Shown: positions 1 through 8,201 of the stretch, piece by piece
Layout: each line of letters begins with the position of its first letter
Numbering within the stretch: the stretch's first letter is position 1
DNA from: a virus
Lineage: Duplodnaviria; Heunggongvirae; Uroviricota; Caudoviricetes
Reading direction: 5' to 3' (one strand)
DNA: 32,625 nucleotides
Virus record (IMG/VR): IMGVR_UViG_3300028601_000019
Location: 132,130 to 164,754 of that record
Notes under the pieces: generated by a model
Seen by the model: only the letters and a program-made list of their open reading frames with translations
The model's database searches: none
What the model was told of the DNA's origin: nothing
Position numbers and translations under genes: made by a program

Positions 1-881
1 TCTTCTGGAAAATAGCTCAAATACTCTTCTGTTTCATTTATAAATACCAGTTCACAAATTCTCTTGGGATTAAGATTTCCATTATCCCTAAGATGGTGGA
101 CAGAAATATATTGGGGGGATTTTACTTTTATTCTTTCGTCTGTTTCAGTATCCCAAAAAACATATCCTTCCAAAGAGATTCCAGATCCTTCAAATGTTCT
201 TTTGATATCATCCAAATTGTCTAATCCATAAAACTCAACCAATCTTGTCTTCACACCCATGGTCTGAAGTTCTTTAACGCACTCATCCATAAGTCTCATA
301 TCTGCATACCAACCACGAATGTTTGATCTAATCCCCAAAAGAACAAGAAACGTATCTGTATATGGAACAACTACCCTATTCTCAGGAGAACAAAGTTCAA
401 AAATATATGTAAAATCTTTATGGAGAAGTAACTTACCCACAGATTCCTTTGAATCCTTTGTAAAACAATCATTAATGATTTCTTCGAAGATTCTCCCAGA
501 ATTACACTCACATTCCGCAAAGGCTGTTGCACGGGTCCCAAAGCACCATTTCTTTTCAAAAGGATTCCACCAAGCAGGAACAAGGGAACCATCACATTTT
601 TCTAAACAAACAGAATTTTGAAAGTCAAAATCTTGAGTGTTTGCTTCCCCATAGTTAAAAAATCTGTCAAATGGGCAACGAAGAACATTCAATTTCCAAT
701 CGAGAATCAATCCACGACATTCAAGGACAATTGGATGTGTCTTAGGACTTTCAATTTGATTATAATTAAGAATGAAAAAGTTATCATAAATCTTAGATTT
801 TATTCCAAGATCCTTTTCAAGGGCTTCAAGCCCCTCTTCAACATTATTTCCAAACTGAGAAAGATATTCAATTACTTTCAT
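1..881 (-). CDS. rnlA: RNA ligase 1 (T4 Rnl1/RnlA-like), 3' end runs off the window
   Basis: Translated by hand from ATG at 881 (MKVIEYLSQF...): ECRGLILD, PFDRFFNYGE, motif I EKCDGSLV, FELCSPENRVV, EGYVF, RIKVKS. Absent from the ORF track because it has no stop in the window. Confidence 0.9.
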   Translation of the reverse strand, partial: MKVIEYLSQFGNNVEEGLEALEKDLGIKSKIYDNFFILNYNQIESPKTHPIVLECRGLILDWKLNVLRCPFDRFFNYGEANTQDFDFQNSVCLEKCDGSLVPAWWNPFEKKWCFGTRATAFAECECNSGRIFEEIINDCFTKDSKESVGKLLLHKDFTYIFELCSPENRVVVPYTDTFLVLLGIRSNIRGWYADMRLMDECVKELQTMGVKTRLVEFYGLDNLDDIKRTFEGSGISLEGYVFWDTETDERIKVKSPQYISVHHLRDNGNLNPKRICELVFINETEEYLSYFPE

Positions 882-882
882 T

Positions 883-1164
883 CTAATAATCCCTTAAGTA
901 TGGTTCAAGTTCCTCTTCCAAATTAACAATATCATTTTCCAATTCATCAATTAAATTTTTACTATTGGAAAGATCATTTTGTAAATCATAAATAGTGTTC
1001 CCTAAAGTGTCATTCAAATCAAATAAGTTGCTAAATTCAATTTCAATATCGTTTAATTCATCTAAAAGATAGTTAGCTAGTTGCTCATAACTATCATACG
1101 AAAAATATTCAATGCCACTTTTCCATATTTTACCATCTTCGAATTTCCAAATTTTTTTACTCAC
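883..1164 (-). CDS. hypothetical protein with acidic coiled-coil C-terminus
   Basis: GTG start with GGAG upstream; packs tightly against neighbours. Confidence 0.7.
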   Translation of the reverse strand: MSKKIWKFEDGKIWKSGIEYFSYDSYEQLANYLLDELNDIEIEFSNLFDLNDTLGNTIYDLQNDLSNSKNLIDELENDIVNLEEELEPYLRDY

Positions 1165-1170
1165 TACTTC

Positions 1171-1362
1171 TTACTCCATAATAGAAATATTGATTGAAAT
1201 CCACCCAAGCAAATAAAATGCAACAAAGATATTGAAGCACCCACCAAAAAACGGAATAACCTTAAAAAAGATGGAGGAAGATATATTATTAGTTTTAAGA
1301 ATCATAGAAAACCCAATAAAAAAGACACCAAACATCAAAAGAATAAACGAAATTGCTTCCAT
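1171..1362 (-). CDS. small membrane protein (2 TM)
   Basis: Two hydrophobic segments; GGAG SD. Confidence 0.7.
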   Translation of the reverse strand: MEAISFILLMFGVFFIGFSMILKTNNISSSIFFKVIPFFGGCFNIFVAFYLLGWISINISIME

Positions 1363-1377
1363 AATCTTTACTCCGGT

Positions 1378-1536
1378 TTAAAATTTATTAAGAACATTCA
1401 ACAAACAAATGAGAAGCCAACACGAAGCCAAAGTTGAAACAGCAAGAATAACAGAACCAACAGAGCGAATAATGGTTCTCTCAATCGAATCTGAATATGT
1501 GTTCTTGCGCTTAATGAAAAATTTATTCTTTCTCAT
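1378..1536 (-). CDS. small basic protein with C-terminal TM segment (52 aa)
   Basis: MRKNKFFIKR...; first ORF after the repeated early promoter; AAGGA SD. Confidence 0.6.
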   Translation of the reverse strand: MRKNKFFIKRKNTYSDSIERTIIRSVGSVILAVSTLASCWLLICLLNVLNKF

Positions 1537-1543
1537 GATATTT

Positions 1544-1601
1544 TCCTTTGTTGATGTTGTTTTGTTAAGATTAGAATATCAAAACAATCAAGGAATGTAA
1601 A
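1544..1601 (-). promoter_or_regulatory. early-type sigma70 promoter with conserved CA-rich leader (copy 1 of 4)
   Basis: TTTACA-N17-TATTCT followed by AATCTTAACAAAACAACATCAACAAAGGA. Confidence 0.75.
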
Positions 1602-1817
1602 TAACCTTTTAATAGATTTTACTAATGTTTGGAAATTTTTTATTACGATTTTGACGAAGAAATCTTCCTCTACATTCAAACTGATTTTTGCAATTATATA
1701 AAGAATTATTTACTTGATCCAACTCTTCTAATGAGTAATAGGCCTTTTTACAAATGTCACAAATATAGGCAATTCTTTTCATTTAATTTCTCCTTATTCA
1801 ATTTCAAATACAAAATT

Positions 1818-2210
1818 TTAATTCTCCTCTTCTTCATCCCAATAATCAGAATTATAACAACCAAACCATTCCCCATCAATTTGAAATGGTCCCCAACCTT
1901 GATTTGGATCGTCTTCTGACCTTAAAGCTACAAAGTCGTCAATATTTTTGAAACAATCTACATGAAATGCAGCGATACCATTCATTTGATTTTCGTGGAA
2001 CATCAATTCACACACTTCATTCCAATCCATTTCCCATTCAATTGATTCCCCCTCCCTATTGAATACTCGGCAGTAAGAATCATACTCTCCAGTCATTGAC
2101 TCTACTACATTCCCATTCTTCAATAGAAACAGGTGTGCAAATTCACCTCTAGTAGAATCAGAACGTATTGGCTTACCACACTTCTTACAGAGAAATGAAA
2201 AGCATCCCAT
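1818..2210 (-). CDS. hypothetical phage protein with N-terminal CxxC
   Basis: MGCFSFLCKKCG...GEYDSYCRV; AAGGAG SD favours ATG 2210 over the TTG in the ORF track. Confidence 0.75.
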   Translation of the reverse strand: MGCFSFLCKKCGKPIRSDSTRGEFAHLFLLKNGNVVESMTGEYDSYCRVFNREGESIEWEMDWNEVCELMFHENQMNGIAAFHVDCFKNIDDFVALRSEDDPNQGWGPFQIDGEWFGCYNSDYWDEEEEN

Positions 2211-2264
2211 AATAATCTCCTTATTCTGTTTCAATACTCATTATCTAAATGAGCACAATACTTT

Positions 2265-2573
2265 TTATTGGGCTTCAGTGTCATCTACACCCTCATATTC
2301 TGCAATTATATCATCAAAATAATTAACGGCCTCTTTCAATCCAAACCCATATTTTTCACGAATATATTTGACACACATAACCTTGTTCTTGCCTTCACTA
2401 TTCTTATATTTGTTATAGATGCGAAACTTAAAATCTTCCTCATCATCTCCCTTTACAATTGCATATAGTGTTTTGGGGTCTTTCTTTGCAAGCTTAAGAA
2501 CAATAGACTTCCAATCTGTGTTTTCATTTCTAATAATGTCAACGATTTCATTATTAAGATTAAACTTTTTCAT
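2265..2573 (-). CDS. protein with a ribosomal L7/L12 C-terminal-like motif
   Basis: KVMCVKYIREKYGFGLKEAVNYFD resembles the bL12 KxxxIKxxRExxGLGLKEAK signature. Confidence 0.6.
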   Translation of the reverse strand: MKKFNLNNEIVDIIRNENTDWKSIVLKLAKKDPKTLYAIVKGDDEEDFKFRIYNKYKNSEGKNKVMCVKYIREKYGFGLKEAVNYFDDIIAEYEGVDDTEAQ

Positions 2574-2584
2574 TTTTTTCTCCC

Positions 2585-2878
2585 TTATCCCATATAGTTA
2601 AGTTGATAGCAAGAAACTCTTGCAAAATAAACCTTACCCTTATGATAGCTTCTAAGCATTACAAGATTTTTATTCTTTTTAATCATCTCTCTAAGAACTT
2701 CCGGGAAAGAATCTTTTCTTCCATTAGCCACAGCAACATAATCTAAAAATTCTCCAGTTTCAAAGAAAGAATCTCTAGAAGCATATTTCTGTTCCCATTC
2801 ATCCTGATTAACATTAAGAAGGTAATTTTTTTCGATAACGTCAATGTAGGTTCCAGCGGGCAATTCGTACATCTTCAT
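2585..2878 (-). CDS. hypothetical protein
   Basis: First ORF after promoter copy 2; AAGGA SD. Confidence 0.7.
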   Translation of the reverse strand: MKMYELPAGTYIDVIEKNYLLNVNQDEWEQKYASRDSFFETGEFLDYVAVANGRKDSFPEVLREMIKKNKNLVMLRSYHKGKVYFARVSCYQLNYMG

Positions 2879-2885
2879 GATCTTT

Positions 2886-2944
2886 TCCTTTGTTGATGTT
2901 GTTTTGTTAAGATCAGAATATCAAAATCTTCGGACATTGTAAAC
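2886..2944 (-). promoter_or_regulatory. early-type promoter with conserved leader (copy 2)
   Basis: GTTTACA-N17-TATTCT-GATCTTAACAAAACAACATCAACAAAGGA. Confidence 0.75.
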
Positions 2945-2947
2945 TAG

Positions 2948-2980
2948 AAAAGCCAAGATTTTTCAATTTTCTTGGCTTTT
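2948..2980. terminator. intrinsic terminator after the lysis cassette
   Basis: AAAAGCCAAGA / TCTTGGCTTTT inverted repeat with A and T tails. Confidence 0.65.
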
Positions 2981-2983
2981 CTT

Positions 2984-3400
2984 TTAGATATCATCCCAAT
3001 CATCATCTTTAAGTCTTGGGATATCTTTTCTTTCCGTATGATCATGTCTTGATCTTCCACCAGAACCAAGTTTCCCAACATACTTTGTTCCTACTTCAGC
3101 AGCAAAAATAACTGCTAAAAGTTCAGTTAAATATGAGTCAACATGAGCACCAGTAACAACTTGAAAGATTATCAACATTTGAACAAAGATAAAAGAAATC
3201 CCAACCTTTGAAATTCTTCCATCATCTCTACAAATCATTTGATAAAAAGAGACTTTCCCTCTGTTTTTATAAATGGAAAAGAAAACAACCCCCAAAAATC
3301 CAAAAGATAATATAACAATAAGAATTTGATATATCATGAAGAAATCAGCAGGAATCAACATTTGTAAAAAACTTAGAAGTCAAGCAAATTTTTCTCCCAT
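2984..3400 (-). CDS. holin-like membrane protein; in-frame TGA (Trp) at codon 7
   Basis: ATG at 3400 overlaps the endolysin TAA (TAATG) with GGAG SD; reads MGEKFA*LLSFLQMLIP in frame into the tracked ORF; 2-3 TM segments and charged tail. Holin call is inferred from position and topology. Confidence 0.6.
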
Positions 3401-3966
3401 TACAATTTCTCCACATCTCTCCTACACCATTGGATTCTATTAAGCCACCCTTTAATGAATCTATTTTGTGAAGGATTGTTTTGAACTATTTTGAGAAAAA
3501 AGTTCTTTCTCTTTTCAAGAAAAATATCAATGAATTTACTTTCATCTGCTTCTTGTAAAGCGTTGAATGTATTCTTTCCATATGCCCTATCGAACACTAA
3601 ATTATATCCCATCTGAATAAGTGTCTTTTGAAGAAGGCCAGTAGCATTTTTTAATCCATGATTAACAATGGCATCAAAGAAAATAAAAGCCTTCTTATCA
3701 GAATCTAGTTTATCTAATCATGCAATATCCCAAAAATACTCTTTATAAACTTCCAATGCTTTTTCAGAATCTAGAAGTTTGATATCTTCCTTTGTAATCT
3801 GCCCATCATTATCAAGATCAAAAAGATCTAAGTCATTTGTTCCTTTTGCAAAATTAATTGATATCCCGAACTTTGTTGCCCCACCAGCATCTTCTGGAAT
3901 GTCAGTAAAAATATCAAACCCTTCATATTTTAGTGTGTAAACTATTGATTTTTTAAATTCGGCCAT
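3400..3966 (-). CDS. endolysin, glycoside hydrolase 108 + PG-binding_3 type; one in-frame TGA (3718-3720)
   Basis: EG...EDAGGATKFGI, FDAIVNHG, LLQKTL, FIKGWLNRI. Tracked ORFs 3718..3966 and 3400..3612 are the same frame joined through YFWDIA*LDKL. Confidence 0.9.
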
Positions 3967-3970
3967 AAAA

Positions 3971-4003
3971 ATTCCTCCTTATATCTTATTTATAAGGAGG
4001 AAT
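3971..4003 (-). promoter_or_regulatory. late promoter embedded in an RBS-sequestering hairpin
   Basis: Perfect 13-bp stem ATTCCTCCTTATA / TATAAGGAGGAAT containing the AAGGAGG SD; TATAAATA at 3987-3994. Confidence 0.85.
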
Positions 4004-4008
4004 ATATT

Positions 4009-4257
4009 TTAAAAACACTCTACTCCACCACCCTTTGAGCTAATAATTTGTTTTGGATTTCCATCTTTATCCATTACAAATTTATACCCACCAATGCATT
4101 CAAAAGAAGGTTTATCAACATTTCTCGACTTTTGTATTTGTTCTCTTCTCCAATTTGGATCTTTATATTTCATATATTGTGGATATGCTATCGCACATAA
4201 CATTCCTATAATAGCAATAATTATCAAAAGCTCAATAAGTGTGAATCCATTTTTCAT
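4009..4257 (-). CDS. type IV pilin-like protein (prepilin N-terminal cleavage/methylation motif)
   Basis: MKNG|FTLIELLIIIAIIGMLCAIAYPQY; C-terminal Cys pair. Confidence 0.85.
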   Translation of the reverse strand: MKNGFTLIELLIIIAIIGMLCAIAYPQYMKYKDPNWRREQIQKSRNVDKPSFECIGGYKFVMDKDGNPKQIISSKGGGVECF

Positions 4258-4260
4258 AAT

Positions 4261-4554
4261 CTACTCAATCCAAATTTTTTTAAGCTTGTCAATATCAACA
4301 CTGGCTTGTTTAAATGCTTCCTTAATCTTACTATAAACATAATTTGTTTCTACTAAAATATATCCATTTTCTGTGTCCCACGTTCTCCCATTATCACCCC
4401 AATTACCTTCATATTCTGTTCCTTTAAGCTCTTTTTCTAAAGCATCAAGTTCCTCCATAACATCATTAAAATGTTTGGGTGATTCAAATTGAGATTCATG
4501 AACAACAAAAGAACTGCTTGAACTATTTGAAACAAAACAATGTCTAGTTTTCAC
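4261..4554 (-). CDS. FVSNSSSSSF-motif protein (paralog 3)
   Basis: GTG at 4554 with GGAGG SD gives (M)KTRHCFVSNSSSSSF. Confidence 0.8.
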   Translation of the reverse strand: MKTRHCFVSNSSSSSFVVHESQFESPKHFNDVMEELDALEKELKGTEYEGNWGDNGRTWDTENGYILVETNYVYSKIKEAFKQASVDIDKLKKIWIE

Positions 4555-4930
4555 TTTTATATCCTCCTGCATTTGTAACAAACGCTGTTAGTAATTCATC
4601 ATAATAAGCAACATTACAAAGTATGACACTTTCGTTAGTTTTCAAATGTTCTAATACTTCATCATACAATTCTTTAATCCAATCTGTTTTTAATAGATCT
4701 TCTAATGTGCTTCCACCCCATGGGGAATATCTTTCCCCAATAAATTCTTCAAGGTCTTCTTTGCTTCGTATTTCTGCCTTCAGTTCTGACTCCCCATATC
4801 CATTTCTAAACTGGTTAATTAATGCATAAACATCATATTCAAGAGTAAATTTTTGCTCCTTGTCTTTAATAGGGATGATGAAGCTACTACTTGAACTATT
4901 AGAAACAAAACCATTTCTAATTTTACACAT
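4544..4930 (-). CDS. FVSNSSSSSF-motif protein (paralog 2)
   Basis: MCKIRNGFVSNSSSSSFII. Confidence 0.8.
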   Translation of the reverse strand: MCKIRNGFVSNSSSSSFIIPIKDKEQKFTLEYDVYALINQFRNGYGESELKAEIRSKEDLEEFIGERYSPWGGSTLEDLLKTDWIKELYDEVLEHLKTNESVILCNVAYYDELLTAFVTNAGGYKSEN

Positions 4931-4932
4931 AC

Positions 4933-5393
4933 TTAACCCCCAATATATTCATAAAAATTTGAATATGTTTCAAATCTTTCTTTTAGAGAGCTTAATACAA
5001 TATCATCTGTTAGATTGTTTTGTTTAAACACATATTCGATATATTCATAATCATACAACTTCTTTCGACGCTTGTTAACTGCTTTAATTTCTGCAAATAC
5101 AATATCTCTAGGAATCCCATATTCTTTTAGTAAAAATCTCGCTAATTCTGATTGTGAATATTCTTGAAACTGACAAATAGGACAATGCTTTTCAAGAACA
5201 AAATTTTCACCATCTACTTCTTCAATTCCATTTTCTGTATTGATTAGGTGCTCATTACAAAAAAGATGCTCATGCTCACACATTACAAATCCAATTTCAT
5301 CTATAGACATATCGTAGCCTGTTTCAGCATGGCCACAAATTTCACAAATAAAGCTACTGAACTATTGGAAACAAAACCATATCTAGTCTTCAT
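4933..5393 (-). pseudogene. FVSNSSSSSF-motif protein (paralog 1) with Cys/His clusters, frameshifted in the Ser run
   Basis: ATG 5393 MKTRYGFVSNSS then frame change to SSFICEICGHAETGYDMSIDE, joining tracked ORF 4933..5310; 4 nt short relative to the neighbour's AGT TCA AGT AGT AGC. Confidence 0.7.
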
Positions 5394-5715
5394 TTTGACC
5401 CTCCAAAACAGTAATTAAAGTGTTGACTGCAAACAGTGATCTTTCAACATCATCAATAGATGGACCTATTAAAATACTATTTAAATAGTCTCTCATGTTT
5501 TTCAGATTTTCAATGTCAGATTCTTGAACTAATGCAATAAGAGCATCCAATAACTCTTCAATTGTCATTTCAAGTTTTTCAATTTTTAGAGCAGCCTCTT
5601 CAAGTAAATCAGCAATCCTATCAGGCTTACCTTCCTCAACAGACTTTCTACCTTTAGCATTTCGCCTAATCTTTGCCCTTGTACATAGTCTATAAGTTAG
5701 CGATTCTTCATTCAT
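5383..5715 (-). CDS. hypothetical phage protein
   Basis: RAKIRR...RKSVEEGKPDRIADLLEEAA; GGAG SD. Confidence 0.75.
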   Translation of the reverse strand: MNEESLTYRLCTRAKIRRNAKGRKSVEEGKPDRIADLLEEAALKIEKLEMTIEELLDALIALVQESDIENLKNMRDYLNSILIGPSIDDVERSLFAVNTLITVLEGQNED

Positions 5716-5726
5716 TTCATATTCTC

Positions 5727-6005
5727 CTACAAAGATAAAATTTCTTGTTCTAACTGGTCCATATAAGAAACATGAACCAAAATTATATGATTAATTATTT
5801 CAAGATTCATATCCGTGTTATAATTACCATCTGTAAAACAATGATCTGTGCAGAGGCCAGAACCATCAGAGTATTGTTGAAACAAAATACCAGATTCCCA
5901 ACGTTCTATTTTCTCTCTCATTTCTTTAAGAATTTTAAGATTGGTTTTGAATTGTTTTAGCTCTTCAAGGGCTTTAATGGCCCTATCTCCATTTTCAATT
6001 TTCAT
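5727..6005 (-). CDS. hypothetical protein
   Basis: AGGAG SD; operon packing. Confidence 0.7.
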   Translation of the reverse strand: MKIENGDRAIKALEELKQFKTNLKILKEMREKIERWESGILFQQYSDGSGLCTDHCFTDGNYNTDMNLEIINHIILVHVSYMDQLEQEILSL

Positions 6006-6007
6006 TA

Positions 6008-7102
6008 TTATTCTCCTGTAAGCTTATACATGGGGCAGTTTCTACCATTCCAAAGGAGCTTGTTTCTAAACGCCTTTGTTCTTTCGTGGAACCAAATATC
6101 TTTAATGAAGTCTTCACAATCAAGAACTGAAATTCCAGTTTGCCATTCCTTTTCTTCAGCACAGAATGAACAAGGATAAAAATCTCCATGAGTATCAATA
6201 TAGACCGAGAAAGCAGAACTCTCGCACGGATCACTCATTTGAAAAAACTGTTTGTAGTTAGGATGATCTTTTACTGCATTAAGCCAATTTCCGCAAGAAC
6301 AACTGTCAAAACCAAAAGTAATTTTGCTATCAAGAAGAAGATCAATCATCCCCTTAAATTGCTTTGAAGAAGCGCAATCAAAGCCTTTGCCTCTTCCTTT
6401 CTTCTTAAGAGCAAGAAATACAATAGCATTTAGCTTTGAAAGACGTGGATCAGTCTTGATGTCATTTATAATTTCTTCTGTTGTATGAATGTTCCCGGCA
6501 TGATAACAACGGTGGATATTCACCTGGGTCATTCCACGATCCGTGAGCTTCTTAACTGAATCATAACAAAGATCCTTATTGTCATATAATGAGACAGCAC
6601 ATGCACCAGCAATAGAAGCAATCTTATCCGCTACTTCATCAGAAACATCAGCAATGGTTAGATTAGGAATAACACCATTTTGTCTTGTATATTCAAAAAT
6701 ATTCCACATATCAGGATTCGAAGTTCCTGTTGCATCAATACCAAAAGCAATCTGACCAATAGTCTTAGGAAGTTTTTCAAAAAGTTTCTTATATGTTTCA
6801 AATGTCATATAAGTGCCATCTAAGGTATTGGATTTATAACAAAAATTACATGGGACATTCATGCCCTTATCGTTTCTTGGACCATGACAAATAGTTGTAA
6901 TTTCTATGTCAGCAATCAACGGTCCATAAGGAGAATATGTAGGATCATCTTCCTTATTCTTTCCCCATGTCATTGACAACCCAGTTTCCTTATCAAAGAA
7001 GTGATTAAAACACCCATCCTTTGAGCGAATGATCTTTGTCTTTTTCCTATCTACCAATAATGCCTTATCATTTGAATCTGTTCCGAAAATTTCCTTAATC
7101 AT
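6008..7102 (-). CDS. radical SAM enzyme with C-terminal SPASM/twitch-like domain
   Basis: DIEITTIC-x12-CNFCY (expanded CxxxCxxC), GACAVS, C-terminal CESSAFSVYIDTHGDFYPCSF...CPMY. Confidence 0.85.
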   Translation of the reverse strand: MIKEIFGTDSNDKALLVDRKKTKIIRSKDGCFNHFFDKETGLSMTWGKNKEDDPTYSPYGPLIADIEITTICHGPRNDKGMNVPCNFCYKSNTLDGTYMTFETYKKLFEKLPKTIGQIAFGIDATGTSNPDMWNIFEYTRQNGVIPNLTIADVSDEVADKIASIAGACAVSLYDNKDLCYDSVKKLTDRGMTQVNIHRCYHAGNIHTTEEIINDIKTDPRLSKLNAIVFLALKKKGRGKGFDCASSKQFKGMIDLLLDSKITFGFDSCSCGNWLNAVKDHPNYKQFFQMSDPCESSAFSVYIDTHGDFYPCSFCAEEKEWQTGISVLDCEDFIKDIWFHERTKAFRNKLLWNGRNCPMYKLTGE

Positions 7103-7393
7103 TTTATTTCCTCTTACATTTGTAGAACAAAAGTTCTTTTGGTTACTTTACCAGAATGGTCTTCATCCTCATCAACTTCCAATGAATGAATAGAAAAATT
7201 TTCAAATTCTCCATATCACCAGCATATGATTCAAAAACAACTTCTCCATCACCCTTTGAAAGAACTTCTTCCATGAGAAGTGAAATCAATTTACTTGCCT
7301 TCATCATAACCTAACCTAAAATCCAACTCTTCCATATAACGGGCTTTAGAACTGCGCTTGATGGTCTTCATGATGTTCTCCAATTTGATTAAA

Positions 7394-7442
7394 TTGTTGT
7401 TTTGTTAAGATCAGAATAACAAATACATAAAGAATTGTACAC
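7394..7442 (-). promoter_or_regulatory. early-type promoter with conserved leader (copy 3)
   Basis: GTGTACA-N17-TATTCT-GATCTTAACAAAACAACAA. Confidence 0.7.
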
Positions 7443-7495
7443 ACTTATTTTAAAATTTAAAATTAATAAAAGCAAATACTTAGTATAAAAATGCA

Positions 7496-7612
7496 AAATC
7501 TCACAAAAACTAATATAAATATACATCATTTTTGTGAGATTTCTATAAAAATCTTCTAAGTTATTAAGCTAATTAAATAAACTAAGCAATAGCAAAGTTT
7601 CTAAGTTATTAA
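7496..7612. repeat. AT-rich non-coding region with a 14-bp inverted repeat and a 14-bp direct repeat
   Basis: AAATCTCACAAAAA (7496-7509) / TTTTTGTGAGATTT (7529-7542); TTCTAAGTTATTAA at 7554-7567 and 7599-7612. Confidence 0.7.
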
Positions 7613-7617
7613 TATTA

Positions 7618-7986
7618 TTACATATTCTTAAAATCAAGATTTTTCGGAAGATTATAATATTCATCAATTAACTTATCTATTTGATCTACGGCATCTATCC
7701 AATTTTTATTAGAAATATCGTGCTTAATTTTAACAAGACTATCTACCAAATCTCCATACAAATAATTCCCCAATCTATCGGAAAGTTGTTTTGCAAAATC
7801 TTCTTTTCTCTCTGCCATTGAAGAAAAGTCACTAAATAACTGAATTCTTAATCTATATCTATTAAGATAGTAACACTCAGTATAATTTTTAATATCTGTG
7901 TTTAATTCCCAACCACATGGATATTTTAAAAATTTTTCTTTGTTATTTGGGTCTAAGATAATTTCTAGGTGTTTAAGAATATTCAT
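7618..7986 (-). CDS. hypothetical protein
   Basis: ATG overlaps upstream TAA; GGGAG SD. Confidence 0.7.
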   Translation of the reverse strand: MNILKHLEIILDPNNKEKFLKYPCGWELNTDIKNYTECYYLNRYRLRIQLFSDFSSMAERKEDFAKQLSDRLGNYLYGDLVDSLVKIKHDISNKNWIDAVDQIDKLIDEYYNLPKNLDFKNM

Positions 7987-8201
7987 TAAATAGTTTCTCC
8001 CTTAAATTGCATATCACAAAATTCTTCCCAGTTTTGTCCATTTTTTTCAATTTGAAATTGGGCCCCTTCATAAAGTTTTATAAGTGCTTTCATAGGTATA
8101 TGAAAATTTGTTTCAGATTCATCTGTAAAATCAACACCATATGACATTGGTGAAAACCTTATAACATCATCAAGAAATATTCTGTTTTTATAACTTTTCA
8201 T
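7986..8201 (-). CDS. hypothetical protein
   Basis: GAGG SD; operon packing. Confidence 0.7.
   Translation of the reverse strand: MKSYKNRIFLDDVIRFSPMSYGVDFTDESETNFHIPMKALIKLYEGAQFQIEKNGQNWEEFCDMQFKGETI

Noticed and set aside
319-926. Tracked ORFs 319..621, 371..595 and 618..926
   Set aside because: Shadow or alternative frames of the RNA ligase gene.
7114-7371. Small ORFs after promoter copy 3 with a possible frameshift near 7215
   Set aside because: Probably coding, but frame and boundaries cannot be fixed without homologues.
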